Position numbers and translations under genes: made by a program
Notes under the pieces: model-generated
Told to the model about the DNA's origin: nothing
The model's database searches: none
The model's input: only the letters and a program-made list of their open reading frames with translations
Source: Kondoa subrosea
Taxonomy: Eukaryota
Reading direction: 5' to 3'
DNA: 51,456 nucleotides
Assembly: GCA_039545335.1 (NCBI GenBank)
Contig: BCIN01000001.1
Coordinates: 984,208-1,035,663, forward strand
Shown here: in pieces, positions 11,759 through 24,490 of the stretch
How positions within the stretch are numbered: the stretch's first letter is position 1
Layout: every line of letters begins with the position of its first letter

Positions 11759-13278
11759 CTAATCTAAATCATGTCTATTCAACCCAAAATCCGAAAACTT
11801 GATCGGTCGTAGCTTGATGCCCTCTACTTTCTGCGCTTCAAGCTCTTCTACTGTTTTCCCCTTCAGCCGCTTCATCTGTTCTCGTACTGGTACTGAAACA
11901 GCAGCTCGACATAATTCTTTCAGCCCTGATCCGGAATAGCCAGCAGTTGAAGCTGCTAGAAGATCCACGTCCAATTTTGGGTCCAGCTCTATGTCTCGTA
12001 GCATCTGATTCGTTCGCAAGCATGAGATGTACTCGTTGCCTCAAACATGTGCACTGACCAGTGCTAATATCGACTTCCGCTGCGATGTATCTGGCAGCTT
12101 GATGTAGAATCGTTTTGGCATCCTGAAAGTGGCATCAGACATCGTGGAAGGACGCCTCGAGTGCCTTACCGTCGCAAGACTGCTGAATCTATATCGTCTT
12201 GTCTATTCGTTGCACCGAGCTGGAGGAAGCATGAGAAATACGCTCCTATGTACTGCTGATGCACCTACCACGAGTATTTGAGTGTCCTGAAATAGAGATC
12301 AGACATCGCTACAAGACTATTGGCGAGAAGCAAACCTCGCTTGTTAGCAGACCTGGGGCAATATGCTCATCAATACCGTAACATAATGTGAGAGAGTAGA
12401 GAGAGCGCACCATCCCAACTCGCCATGAACTCCGTCTTCACCAAAGCTGATATCTCATGATCATTCCTCGACCGCTCACGTAGAAAACTATCGATCTCAT
12501 CGATGAAGATGATTGTTGGCTGAAGTTTCCGTGCTAAGGAGAAAAGAGCTGCTACTAGCTTGTTTGATTCTCTGACATTACGTCAGCCGATAGAGGGCTG
12601 ACAATCACTGTAGACCTACCCGAACCATTTATCTTGCAGTACACTCGCCTTCAAGACAGCTTAGTTTGGGCTACAGATCAGACCAAGGAAATCTACCTTC
12701 ATATTGATGAAAGTCGCTCCTGCTTCTTTCGCTGAACAGAATATCTTGAGCATGACTCGCAGGGGCACGAAGCTCTTCCATACCTAACCCTTTGGCTAGT
12801 AGCGTTTTACCACAACCTGGTGGTCCATATAGCAGTACTCCTTTGGGTGCAGCGTAAAGTCCAGCTGCCGAACTTGCAAACAATTGAGGAAATTTGAGTG
12901 GAGCGATGACTGTTTCTTGTAGATCTTCAACAACATGATCCAATCCTCCAATATCTGGCAAGAACCCTGAACTTGAGCCTGTCGTCAAATTAGCATGGAT
13001 TTAAGCCAACCTTCGAAGCGCTGGACGATATCTTCAGGCGCAATTACTTCTGCAGCAATAATAGATTCGTGTTCCGTCAATTCCAGCTCAGATAGGTTGA
13101 GATTGCCTCGACCGAGTCGTTCGAGCTGTTTCTTTGATTTCAGCTTTGCTTGCTCCCCTTTTGCTTTGGTCGGATCCATAGAGGCCATGACATATTTGAA
13201 AGCGTAGAAGAAGGCTACGTTGGAGACTACAAACATAGCCACGTCGACAGCAATGCGCTTTCCTGTCGAAGATGCCAT
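11759..13278 (-). CDS. MSP1: Mitochondrial/peroxisomal outer-membrane AAA ATPase Msp1/ATAD1
   Basis: N-terminal anchor ([20 protein letters not shown]), [24 protein letters not shown], Walker [14 protein letters not shown], Walker [40 protein letters not shown]. Many short exons. Confidence 0.92.
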
Positions 13279-13450
13279 TTGCTTTGAGGTCACTAAAAGC
13301 GAACTAGCAGGGAATATATAACAGGCTCGACAGGGTAACTTCGGGTGCTAATGGTATGGTATACGATTGCGCAAAGCCGCAACTGAAAGATATGGGCACA
13401 AAATATGATGGCTGCTATATGACACGAAATTGCCATGACTCGCGAAGTTG

Positions 13451-13871
13451 TTAAGGCTGTCCTCCTATCTGACCCATATCAGCTGGATGTTGCATCAGTC
13501 CAGCTCCGTCGTCATACTGATGGGGGGTCTGTGATTGATCTTGAGCTCGTAGCTGATTCTGACGTTTGCGCCAGAAGAAGAAACCTCCCGCAGCGAGAAG
13601 CAATACCATAACAATAGCACCAATTAAGAGTCCATATTGAACACTGCAACAATAATCCATTATCATCATAGCCTGCTTTGACCATTCGTACATTGAGAGC
13701 TTACCCGCAAGCCAAATTCATCGACGGAACCAGCTTCTTGCATTTGGAGTCGTTGTTAGTTAGAGCAACAGATGAGGCAGATGACGAAGGAGAAGAAGAA
13801 GCTCTGGAAAGGGTCGCGCCAATGGATGAAGCAGCCTTTGACACTTGAGCTTTGGAAGTTGTTGCAGGCAT
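13451..13871 (-). CDS. Small single-pass membrane protein, paralog 1 (Ser/Thr-rich N-terminus, two-Cys motif)
   Basis: MPATTSKAQVSKAASSIGATLSRASSSPSSSASSVALTNNDSKCKKLVPSMNLACG, a phase-2 GTAAGC..CAG intron, then VQYGLLIGAIVMVLLLAAGGFFFWRKRQNQ...MGQIGGQP*. Supported by similarity to the adjacent gene. Confidence 0.75.
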
Positions 13872-14416
13872 TATGAAAGGACAGAGAGGAAGGATAGGAC
13901 CAGCCTATAAGCAGAAAGAAAAGATGGCAAGGGTTGGGAAGAAGAGCAGCAGACCATAGCAAAAGTCAAGAGAGGTCTGGGACAAAGGAATCGGCTATGT
14001 ATAGCAAAATACACTTTTCGAGGTGAAAAACGAATAGAACGATGATGTAGAGGTAGAGAGACATGCCTAAATCACGCAGTAAGACTTCGAAAAGAGGGAC
14101 TCGAAGATCATGTAACGATTCTTAGTATCGGTGGCAGAGCAACAATGCGCTGTATTACGCTTGGGGTTCGTCCGCTGAATACCACTCAGGGATATATACG
14201 TTGAGGTAGAAGAGATTTGGCTGTGTAAAAGCGAGAGCAAAAAGTTTTGTGCCCCAAGTCACAAGAAGGCAAAGATCTTGTCTTTCCTTGTTAACTCATC
14301 AAGAACAACGCGAGACAAAGCTAATAGAGCCAAATGATACTTATTGCGACCGCTGAGCATGGTCTACACAGACGAGCCGCGCGAAGCCCCATTCCGCTCT
14401 AAACCAACTTTGAAGA

Positions 14417-14832
14417 TCACTTCGCGATCTCCTCTCCGATTGGCGCCTGACCCATCGGTTCTACAGCTTCTGTCAGTCTTTGCTTCTCTTGATCAGTATT
14501 TGAGGACTTTTCGGTCATATGAAGCGCCGAAATCTCTTGTCTCTGCTGATGTCGCCGATGAATCAAGAAGCCAATAGTACCAATGAGAAGAAGAGTGATA
14601 ATCACAATTCCCGCAAGCAGACCATACTGAGGTCTGACGAGACAATAAATCGACTTAGCCCTTCTGGAAAAATCGTTTAGAAGGAACTTTACCTGCAAGC
14701 CAGATCCAGGTGCTTGAAGAGCTTTTTGCACGAAATATCAAGCGACGGAGAAGCAGAGGCAGAAGTAGGGGATCGCGAGGCTGTACCGCTAGGATTGACA
14801 GCTTCCGAAGCTGGAGCAGTAGTCACAGACAT
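14417..14832 (-). CDS. Small single-pass membrane protein, paralog 2
   Basis: MSVTTAPASEAVNPSGTASRSPTSASASPSLDISCKKLFKHLDLACR, a phase-2 GTAAAG..CAG intron, then PQYGLLAGIVIITLLLIGTIGFLIHRRHQQ...MGQAPIGEEIAK*. Confidence 0.75.
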
Positions 14833-15268
14833 AGTGGAAATCACACAGAAAGTACAAGAGCTGCCGATAAGAAAGAGAGAAAGTTGAATGAGAGTGAAGG
14901 TCAGAGAGAACGAGCGAGCGAATTTTATGAGAAGACAAAGGGCGAGTATGAACAAAAGATTCAAGCGCCTGCTCTCAGAACTAGCAAGAAGTTGCAGTGT
15001 TTTCTTGAGCAGCGCAGCAGTGTATGTCTGCAGGACAAAAGCAACAGAAGTCAGGCGTTGGCGCTATAATTTGAAGAATAGCGGGCGGTGGCAAGAGCAA
15101 AAAGTCGGTGTGAGTCTGTGAGTCTGTGAGTTTGCCTCACATGCTGGATAAAATACTGAGATGGTCTCCTTCTTCGGCTGGCAGGCACAACGACGCTTGG
15201 CAGATGGATTGCTGTGGTATATTCATATTGCAGATGATTTAGCATACCATTCATTACTGGCCTCTCGC

Positions 15269-18200
15269 TCAATAGAATCCAGTCATTTGAGGCATCATTT
15301 GAGGCATCCCCGTTTGTTGCGGCATCATGCCGTTCATCCCGTTCATCATCGGCGGCTGCTGCCCCATACCACCTTGTGTAATCATCAGAGGACCGCCGAG
15401 AGGCACTGGACGGAGAATCAGGACGAGCGCAACTCAAACAAGACGCAAAACGCACTCATCGGCTGACTCTCTTCTGCTTGCTCCTTGACTGCAGCTTTTG
15501 TGGAGAGTGCTTTGAGCTGTGCTTCCAGTTGTGCCATCTATTCAAGGGAGGTATCAGCGAAAGCACAAACTGGCAATCTTATGTCCTGACCCGACTACTC
15601 TGATCCCGCATAACTTGCAACGCATATGGATGGTGGTAATCGGACAAGCCTTTCCGCCAACTTAGTTCAGCTGCATATGAAGGGTCGATAAGGTCGAAAG
15701 CGATGTATAGCAGAGCTGTAAAATGATCATGTGCACCAATATCACAGAAGTATCGTAGCAGGTCGTGTGCAACGTCTGTCTTGAGACTCTCGGCTGATGT
15801 TTCCATGGCATCCTGCAATTTCTGTCAGCTCATTACCGGCGAAAGAAAGAGGAGCTTACTTTGAAGAGCTTGTCTTGCTTCGATAGCGATATCGATTCTT
15901 CCCATCGCTGGTTTTTCTTGTACAATAGCGCCGCAATTCTCCTGAACTCGAGCAGTTCGTGCTTTTCCAGTCTCGTCGCCAGTTCCATTTGGCTGAAATT
16001 GTCATAGGAATTGATGCTGTCCCGCTGTTTGATGCAATCAGTCATCGTTATGCGACCATTAAGAAAGAGCCTTACCAGCGTCACATGATCCTCCTCTTCT
16101 ATCAGCAATTCGTTGAAGGCTTCATTGACCGCTTCGATGTTATGCTAGATCGCTTGTCAACAGACTGAGACCCTCTTATAGAGAGTACTTACATGCTGCA
16201 CTGAGATCAGGTAGGGTTTGATCATAGGCAGATGATCGACTTCTTTTCGCTGGAACATCTTGACTACACGAGCATGATCAATTCGTGCTGCTAACGCTGA
16301 AAGTAGATCGTTGAGAAGGGTAGGTGCTTCATTGAGATAGAAAGTGAGAGCCTGTTGTAACATAAGACTATGCCTTGAGATTTCAATCGATACACATACC
16401 TTGTAGTATATTTCGACATTAGCAACTTTGACAATAACATCCTTGAATTGAGCGTGATCCCAAGCGGAAGAAGAGCGTTCCATCATAGCCAGAGCAGCAT
16501 TATCGGATTCGTCATATTTGACATATAGGAAGACCAGTTCTGACCACAAATGTGCTTGTTCTGCCGCTTTGATGACCTTAGGAATGTTGATACGAGCCCA
16601 GAAGAGTTTGAGGTGTTCCATGAGTCTCTCGGGTCGATACTAATAACAGTAAATGAGCTCGAATTTCGAAAAGCTTTCTGATGTTTACCTTAGCATATAG
16701 AATTGACAGCTCGGTGAAAAGACCCATATGAGCTCTTTCCAGACCGAGACCAGCTTCGAGCAGATTCATCAGCTCTTCGAAGTGCCCTCTGTTCTCGTAA
16801 AGGCGAACAATAGACTAAACCACAGATCAGCTTGTAGCCAGCGGATATTGCGCTCAAAACTGACCTGCAACTCTTCAGCGTGCACTATCAAGTTGAGACC
16901 GCAAATTTGTGCCAGTCGGAACTCGTTCTTGTCTATGCATGCGGCGTTGACTTGTTTCCAAACCCTGGAAGAAGCTTTAGCATAGCACTCACTCACAGAG
17001 GAGTAGACTCACTGCGTATTGCCAGCTTTGCGCGCGGCATCAACAGCAGCTTGATTTTCGCCGAGGTAGATAAGAGTAGTAGCCAAGCGAGCATAATTTG
17101 AAATGCTGGAGAAGAGCAGACGAGCAGCTTCGTATAGTTCGGCTTCGAAAGCCTTCTCACCAGCCGATAGCTGATCTGCCACATTCGTCATACCCAAAAA
17201 CTCTTCCATATCGTGGAGGCGGTCTGTTCTTGCGTATGCAAAGGCTAGCTCGGTATCAATTGCAGGTTCTCGAAGTGACTTGCGAGCCATTTGCAGGTAG
17301 CGAACCAAGTCGTCATACTTGTCTGCTCGACTGGCGGTTTCGATGACTTCGGCATAATTCGAGGGGTCTTCAGCTCTGATGTATGAGTCTGAGACAGAGC
17401 GTTCAGAGAAATTTGGCACAAGCAAGCAGAAAACAAACCTATAGCATCCTTGATACGTAAGCCGTCCAATTGCGCTTTACCTAAACGACTCCAAACAACT
17501 GGTTCATTGATCTTGTTGGCGTATTGCGAAGCTCGGTCGATACTGACAATGTACTCGACGAGTACATTCATAGCTTCTAGATGCATCTTGTTCTTGCGGA
17601 ACAGTGTGAACGCCTCTTCATGAAGACCGTGCTCGATCGCGATGCTCGCGATTTCGTTGACATCAAAGCCTTCGAGCTTTTCAATATAGCCAATGACCTT
17701 GCCTTTGTCTGCGCGAATGGCCGTTAGAAGCAAGAGTTTCTTCAAGTTGCTGTTATCACTGAAGGCAGAAGGCTCGAGAACGATCTTCTCAAGAAGTTCA
17801 ATGAGCTCTGTTGGTAAATCAGCAGCAAGGAAAGCCTTGACAGTGACAGATACATCTTCTGGATCGGTTGATTCCGGTACAGCGGTAGACACGACTTGAT
17901 CGACCAGCTGTCGTTTGTGCACATTGTCTTGTTGCAAGACTTTAGACCAGAGCTCGATTCTCCTCCTCTTGACAAGATAACGTGCTTGGTGCTTGAACAT
18001 GGAGTTTTCGTTCGTGATGGAGATGAGTTCTTCATCGCAGAAGCCTTTAGCGTAAGCGATGTAAGCAAGATAAGGGTCTCGCTTTTCACAGTATTTTCCG
18101 ACCACAAGCGGATCGTAGATCTAGCATCATGATTAAATCAGTATGCCATCAAGCTGTCGCATGAAGCTCACATTGTTCTCTTTGAGGAAAGCTTCAGGGT

Positions 18201-21196
18201 TGTTATTGCTATCAATGTTGATCTTGGCCAGAGCGTTGTAGAGAGCAGGTTCTTGAGCACCGCTCTGAATGCGAGCGTCCAGCCAGGGAAGAATCAACTT
18301 CAGTCTGTTCCTGCTTTCAACTTCCTTGACCAGTTCATCAACTGGAATAGGTCCATTGACGGAGCTCAGGAGCTGCTTAATAGTCCCTTCGTCGCAGTCT
18401 ACATCTAACAGACCGCCCACAACTTGAGGAGTTCGAGTTGAGTTGACTCTCTGCACATAGATTTCGATGAAGTTGGTCAAGCCGTTCTGGTAAAGGTAAA
18501 GGACCAAATCGTGGACGAAGTCGAAGCGATCGCAAACGATGATAAGAGGAAGCTGGTCTGATAGTTTTGCCTCTTTCAGGAAGTTCTTGACTTTTTCAGC
18601 ATTGTAGTAGTTTGATTCTCTGCAAATGCGCTCGACTTCTCTGATTTGACCAGTCCTTGTTGCAGCTTGGATATACTTGAAGTGAACTTCCGGATCAGTG
18701 CTGATATTTACAACAGAACCAAGGTAATAGTAGAGACCTGTGTATTACGCTGTCAGCTACAATCGCTGCCTTGTGGTACGCTCTTACCTTCGAAACTCTT
18801 GAAAGATTCGAACATCTCAATTAAAGGCACCGGACCGATCAGTTCAGAGTACTTGGTTGCCGCTTGCACGACAACTTGGAGATTCTGTCTCATGTTTTGG
18901 CGCATCATCTCCTTCAGGCATTCAAGAGTATCTGCGACAGTAAGTTTGCCAAAGAAGCCGACCAACCATTCTTGATTGAGCAAGTTAGTATGCACAACAA
19001 CTCGCTTGATGTCGTTGATGTCCTCATAATGCTCCAAAGCCTGTGCGAATACCGTTTCGAAGTCAGCTTGGACACCGCGAGGTAGCAGAAAGATCACGCA
19101 CGCGTTGCAGCAAACCAGCTTTTTCGCACAAGTTGGCGATTCTTGGCCTATCGTAATGCGAGAACATCTCATTTCCAACTACACAACCTCATTAGCGAAG
19201 CTCTCAGTAACATGTATGATACTGACGGATAGCATCAGCAACTTGAGGCGCTTGAACCAAGTTCATCTCCAGCAATCTAGTTTGTAAGGGTCCTTGCTCT
19301 GGCTTGTTTTCCTTGAGAGCATCGAGCAAGAAAGAGGTAGCTTGTTGGACCAAGCCTTGGCCAATGAAGATATCCGCAACTCGTTCAATGTCAATTAAAG
19401 GACCCATCTCATCGTTGACTAAAGAAGTAGCAAATTCGACACCTTTGTCTGGGCTGTTGCGAGTGATATGTTGCAAGAGAGAAGCGTAGTCGGGAGTGTA
19501 GTTGACTCTTTTGGCATATAAGAGGATCTTTTCCGGCTGACCAAGTTCAGCGAAGCACGCAACACATTTCGATGGAACGTTTGCTCGAAGGTAGACCGAT
19601 AGAGCCAAATTCATATCGTGTCCACGAACGATATCACCAAGCTCTTCGCTGCATTCTAGCTTGTCTTCTTTGAGCCATTTCTCGAGTAGCTATGTACAGA
19701 AAGGTCAGCCTAGAAGATCAGATTTCCCATCTGACAATTTGCTCACCTGTTTACGCCCTTGTACCAGAACTGGTCTGGCCAATTCAATCGATTCAAACTT
19801 GTTCAGCTGACCCTTCTCAAGCAGCGTGCCAAAGTATTGCAAAATTGGACTGAGCGTTCCAGGTTGAGCAGGAACGTTCTTGAATTGCTCAATCGTTGAT
19901 GCCGTACGCAAGATACCGCGAGGAGAATTGGCAGCGACTTTGGCTGCATCGCCAAATTGACCGCTTTGGAAGAGTTGTGTAAATTGACGGACATATAGAT
20001 CGTCAGCACCAGGCAGATTGCCACGAGAGGCGAGCTTTATTGCTAGATCGGTATTGTTGAGAGTGGAAAGGATGTAAGGGATGATTGTGTTCTCGTCAAC
20101 TGTTACCGACAGAACTTGACCTTTTCTGTTCACACCAATTATACCTCCAGTGGCTTCGTGCTCGCAAGTAACAAAGATAGTTTCTCCAGAAATACGATTC
20201 ATATAGATGCAGGTGCCGGATTCCAGGTCGTACATGTGAATAAATCCGTATTTGGTGACCATGTAGATGATAGAGAAGCGTTTCGAAACTTGCATGGCAA
20301 CTGGGAAGTCGTTTGTGGCTTCAGGAGGGAAGAAGACGTCGACCGACTTCTTTGCAAAGACAGGTGCATTCGCTTGGTGATCGATTTCGACAATGTGTAG
20401 TTTAGCTCCAGTGGCAGTTCGAACAGCGAATGTGAAGAGTTTGGTATCAACAGAAGCACCTTCAAGGCGTATTTCAGCGAAACTAGCAGCATGACCCTCA
20501 ATGGGTTGACTGAGAGATCGCTCAAGCGAATAAAGCTGCATGCTTCCCTTGACTTTGAAAGCGCCGGGAGTAGGGTTGGAAGAAATGCCGACAAGGACAA
20601 GCCATTTGCCGTCTCCAGAAGTCTGGCGAAGGTTGATGATCTGGTGTCCCGCTAACGAAGCATGTCGGTCAAAGAGTTTCGTAGGTGCGTCAGCACCATT
20701 CATTGCCCATGACCAGACGGCGTTCTCAGTCACTATGCCAACAACTTGAGGGGTGAGCCATTTCCAAAAGGTTACATCCTCGTTCATGAGATGTGATTTG
20801 ACCTTTTGCTTCAATTCAATGTTGAACATTTGAAGTTGGCGGCCAGCTAAGAGCGAGATTTAGTCCCACATACAACTACCAAGCTTCAGAACTTACCGCG
20901 TAATGCAATGATCTTCTCTACTGGATTCATGATTGCGCTCTCGGCACTGATAGGTCGACGCATAATGGAATTGGCGTCCGACATGTCTACTATAACGACT
21001 TGCTTCTGACCCGCGGTCTGCAGACTGTCAGTATATTCGCTATAACTGCTGGCCTGATAGCACACACCTCTTCACGAACACAAATGAAGCGGTCCGACTC
21101 CATTGTGAGGTTGTTGAATGAGATACTCGCAGGCTGCACGCCCAACGCAGTGAGCTGCAAGTGCTCGGTGAAAGCTATCGGCCTCTGTTCAGCCAT
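15269..21196 (-). CDS. CHC1: Clathrin heavy chain
   Basis: [42 protein letters not shown]; propeller segment [17 protein letters not shown]; repeats [55 protein letters not shown]. The last exon ends MPQMTGFY* at 15269. Confidence 0.97.
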
Positions 21197-21782
21197 GTTG
21201 GATAGAGGTTAGGCGAGAGAAGGTAGAAAGTCTCGAGGTGTCAAGGTTGAGCTCGCAAAGCGTTAAGTCGTGGCCCAATGCGTCTATAGGTCGTTAATGG
21301 AGAGCTTGTAGCCGCGCAAAGTGAGGTACGGCGAAACGCAAGACCTTGGCTCGTGAGGGTTTGACACTTCGCCGAAATCCAGCGCGAACTTCAAGAACGC
21401 TTCCGTGGCGCGAAATTCCAAAGTGAAGATCACGCTTCGTATGCAGCAGATCCAGATGAATGTATCGGAGAAAGTCACAGTGTGCTAGTCTGTGTCGAAA
21501 TTCCCAGTTTCTTCAGTTCAGGTATAATGAATTACCATTCAAGCATGAGATGCTTGAGACAGCTGTTCAGTCTGGTTTTCCATGATCACAAACGGGTCAG
21601 CGGTGATCGTAAGTATAAAGCAAATGATTTGCATTGCGGAGATACAAGTAATGCACAGAGTGACTTATCAACAAGACTGCCTCGCCTTAAAGTCTGCATA
21701 TTGGGAACACTGAGCATAAGGCGAGGTAAACATAGCTCAGCACTGACTGGATATTGCGCACCGAAGACGCCAATTTCCGACC

Positions 21783-23704
21783 CTACGCAACATACATAGA
21801 ATGTTCCTTCTCCCCGATAGCTGATGTGTCGCGCTGTGTAGGAGGCTTGCGAAGGTAGCTTTCACTGTATGGATTATGAGACTAAGTCAAACCAGCTCAA
21901 TGATCAGACTTACACAGCGCCGGGCTCGCCACGCTACGAAGCAATACAAGTCAGCTCTTTCTAGACAAGCTGTAAGCAAAGCACATACTCCGTAGTTGGC
22001 ATCTCTTTCACGCTGTAGCTCTCTATGTACTTCTTTGGGCAGAGCATGACCGGATCTGAGGAGCTTTGTAGCATCACCCATAACGAATTGGTAGAACAAC
22101 ACTCCGATGAAGGCTAGAACCAAAGTGAGCACAGTGTATAACCGAGAGGAGTGTTCACTTACTTGCAGGAATGTTGACCTGAAAACAGGATGAGACAAAT
22201 GTGAGATCTTTTACAAACGGAAAACTCACCAGAATACTGATTGCGGCATATCCATTGCTAACAGTGAAAACGCCCGATCCGTAGAAGCAAGCTGCCATCA
22301 TACGAGCGCCCAAATCCCTTGCCAAATTGGTAGAAAGTGTTGCAGCACCGAAACCGATGATCATGCAGAAGTAAGCTAGACCGATGACAAATGGTACTGA
22401 TCGAGGCGAAACGAATGGATTGTTTGGATCTAAGCAAGCCCAGATGATGAAGCTGTCATGAAAGTGTTAGCTCAGCTTTGACATGAAAATAGCATGCATA
22501 CCCGATGAAGATGTCAGCGAAGAATTCGGTTACGAAGAGCCATTTCAGAGACTGAGTTGGGAGCGGAATAGCGCAGAATATTCCAGCCGGACCAGTAGCA
22601 GAAATCAACTGAACTCGTTTTCGTCAAAATAACCCATAAAAGAAGGGCAGGTACAGTCACTTACGGTTTCGCCAGCAGCTTTCAATCCCAATTCGTATTC
22701 GTTAATTTGCTCGTACCACTGAGCATACACTGTACGAGCATTCAGCGTTCCTCCTGAGACCGCGTGTCTCGAACGCACCGAAGAAACAGGCAAGGAAAGC
22801 ACCAGTAACTTGCGAAACAATATCTGGAGGTCGACATTAGCAGCAGCTGGGTCAAGACTTCCAGAGACTCACATAGAGGTACTTTGCGCCATGGAAAGCC
22901 TTGTAGCGTCGCGAAAACAAATGTCATCGCTGCAAATACTTCAATTACACACTCTCGATGAGTAAGAAGAGGCTGACCTGGATTGAAGTGACCACCTGAT
23001 GTAGTAGCACTAGTGATCAATGCAAAAGCGATACCGAAAGAGAATCCGAAGCTGTGTATTCATCAGCTCAAATACGGTAAGGGTAGAAAATTCGCTTACG
23101 CGACATTTAGTAAAGATCCAAAGCCATTTATCTTTGCGGCAGCTAATGATAATCTCTATTAAGGATCGAATTCTTTCTAGAGTCTGCATTGCTTACTGGT
23201 GAGAGTGAAAGAGGCCAACGCGGAGACACCTGGTCAACGAAAAATGATTGGTACTGGCTGACCACATATTCGAGACGAGCGTACCACAGAACACGTATGC
23301 GAATGTTCCAGCCATCTCAGCCAGCATCTCACGCAGACTGATGGAAAAGGAGTCAGCACCGAAAAATGTCTTCGTGTTGCAAAGACTGACATTCGAGGTC
23401 GCCTGGATTCGATATTAAGGATCCATTGGGGAATGGGAGGTGCGTGACTGTGCAACAATGAATTAGCGATGGGTCAAATCTTGTTTACATAATCACTAAC
23501 TCGGCCGCGAGGTGAGCTGTTGGATGCTAGAAGGTTGAGAGCAAAGAGATGAGACACAAATCAGCATCTCAGATGATCTGCACATACTCTACGAAGAGCA
23601 TCGGTCTGCAGATGAAATCCGTCAGTAAAAATTTATGACGCGGGCCCACAAAGGCTTACAGCACCAATTTCTAGATCTCCTGCATTGCGACGGTGTTGAC
23701 TCAT
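21783..23704 (-). CDS. Major intrinsic protein, aquaglyceroporin type (NPA / NLA motifs)
   Basis: ATG at 23704. The spliced first motif reads TSGGHFNP|AMTFVFATLQGFPWRKVP; also PAGIFCAIP, TEFFADIFIG and a second motif LSTNLARDLGARMMAACFYG. The 3' end is uncertain: stop 21783, or 21737 if one more intron is used. Confidence 0.88.
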
Positions 23705-23775
23705 GTTGTTGATACGTGTTGTCGGCTCTTGGGAAAGGGACGAGAAGAGAGGAGTAATAATTACGGGGTTCCTCT

Positions 23776-23783
23776 TCTCCACA
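23776..23783 (-). promoter_or_regulatory. Candidate TATA box of the aquaglyceroporin gene
   Basis: TATAAATA on the minus strand about 75 nt upstream of the ATG. Confidence 0.4.
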
Positions 23784-24490
23784 AGCTGACTTGCTATTTA
23801 TAAGCTCGGATGTTTAATTCAAGCACGAGTTTACTAGTCAGGGTTTAATAAGGTGAATAAGCATTGAAAATTTCAAAATAGCTCGTGGACAGCCGTCCTA
23901 TCTTGTGCAAGAGGATCATCGATCGCAACAGAATTTCACCGCTGCCGACATCTGATATACTCCTGAGGTACAGAATGTGATTTGCATCGGAAAGAGGGGA
24001 ACAACGAGGGAACGAGTACGCAGAATGCCAGGGAAAGCTCTTCTCGGCAGATTGCCAACAAAGCTTCAGCGACAGCATCGAAGGATAGCTTCTCGAAAAC
24101 TAGTGACTGCGGAGACCGAGTGTGCGGCAATTGTTGCCAAAATCGAACAATGTATAGCAGAGAAGGTCGCAGAGCAACCGGAGAGGATAGGCATTAGCAT
24201 AAGAGAGAACAGTAAATGATCGGATTCCGCTTCAAATGGACTTCGCAAGACGTTGATGAATTGGGACTGGGGTGACGCATAGAGGGTGCAATATGAGAAG
24301 CGCACGCGCTGTGCTAAAGCAATCATACGACACATCAACATCTCCAGCTTGAGTCGAAACTGGGTTAGGAGTTTGTTTTCTTTTCGACTTTTCTTGGCCC
24401 ATTCCAGCAAAGTGCATTCCTGACTGACGACCAGTCGAGGACACGATAAGCCAGCTCATATATACCCCCGGATTCGCGGAGCAAGGCATC

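Noticed and set aside
14833..14964. Hydrophobic signal-peptide-like extension on membrane paralog 2
   Set aside because: It needs a TTG start and arises from a CT-rich promoter tract; paralog 1 has an in-frame stop in the equivalent region.
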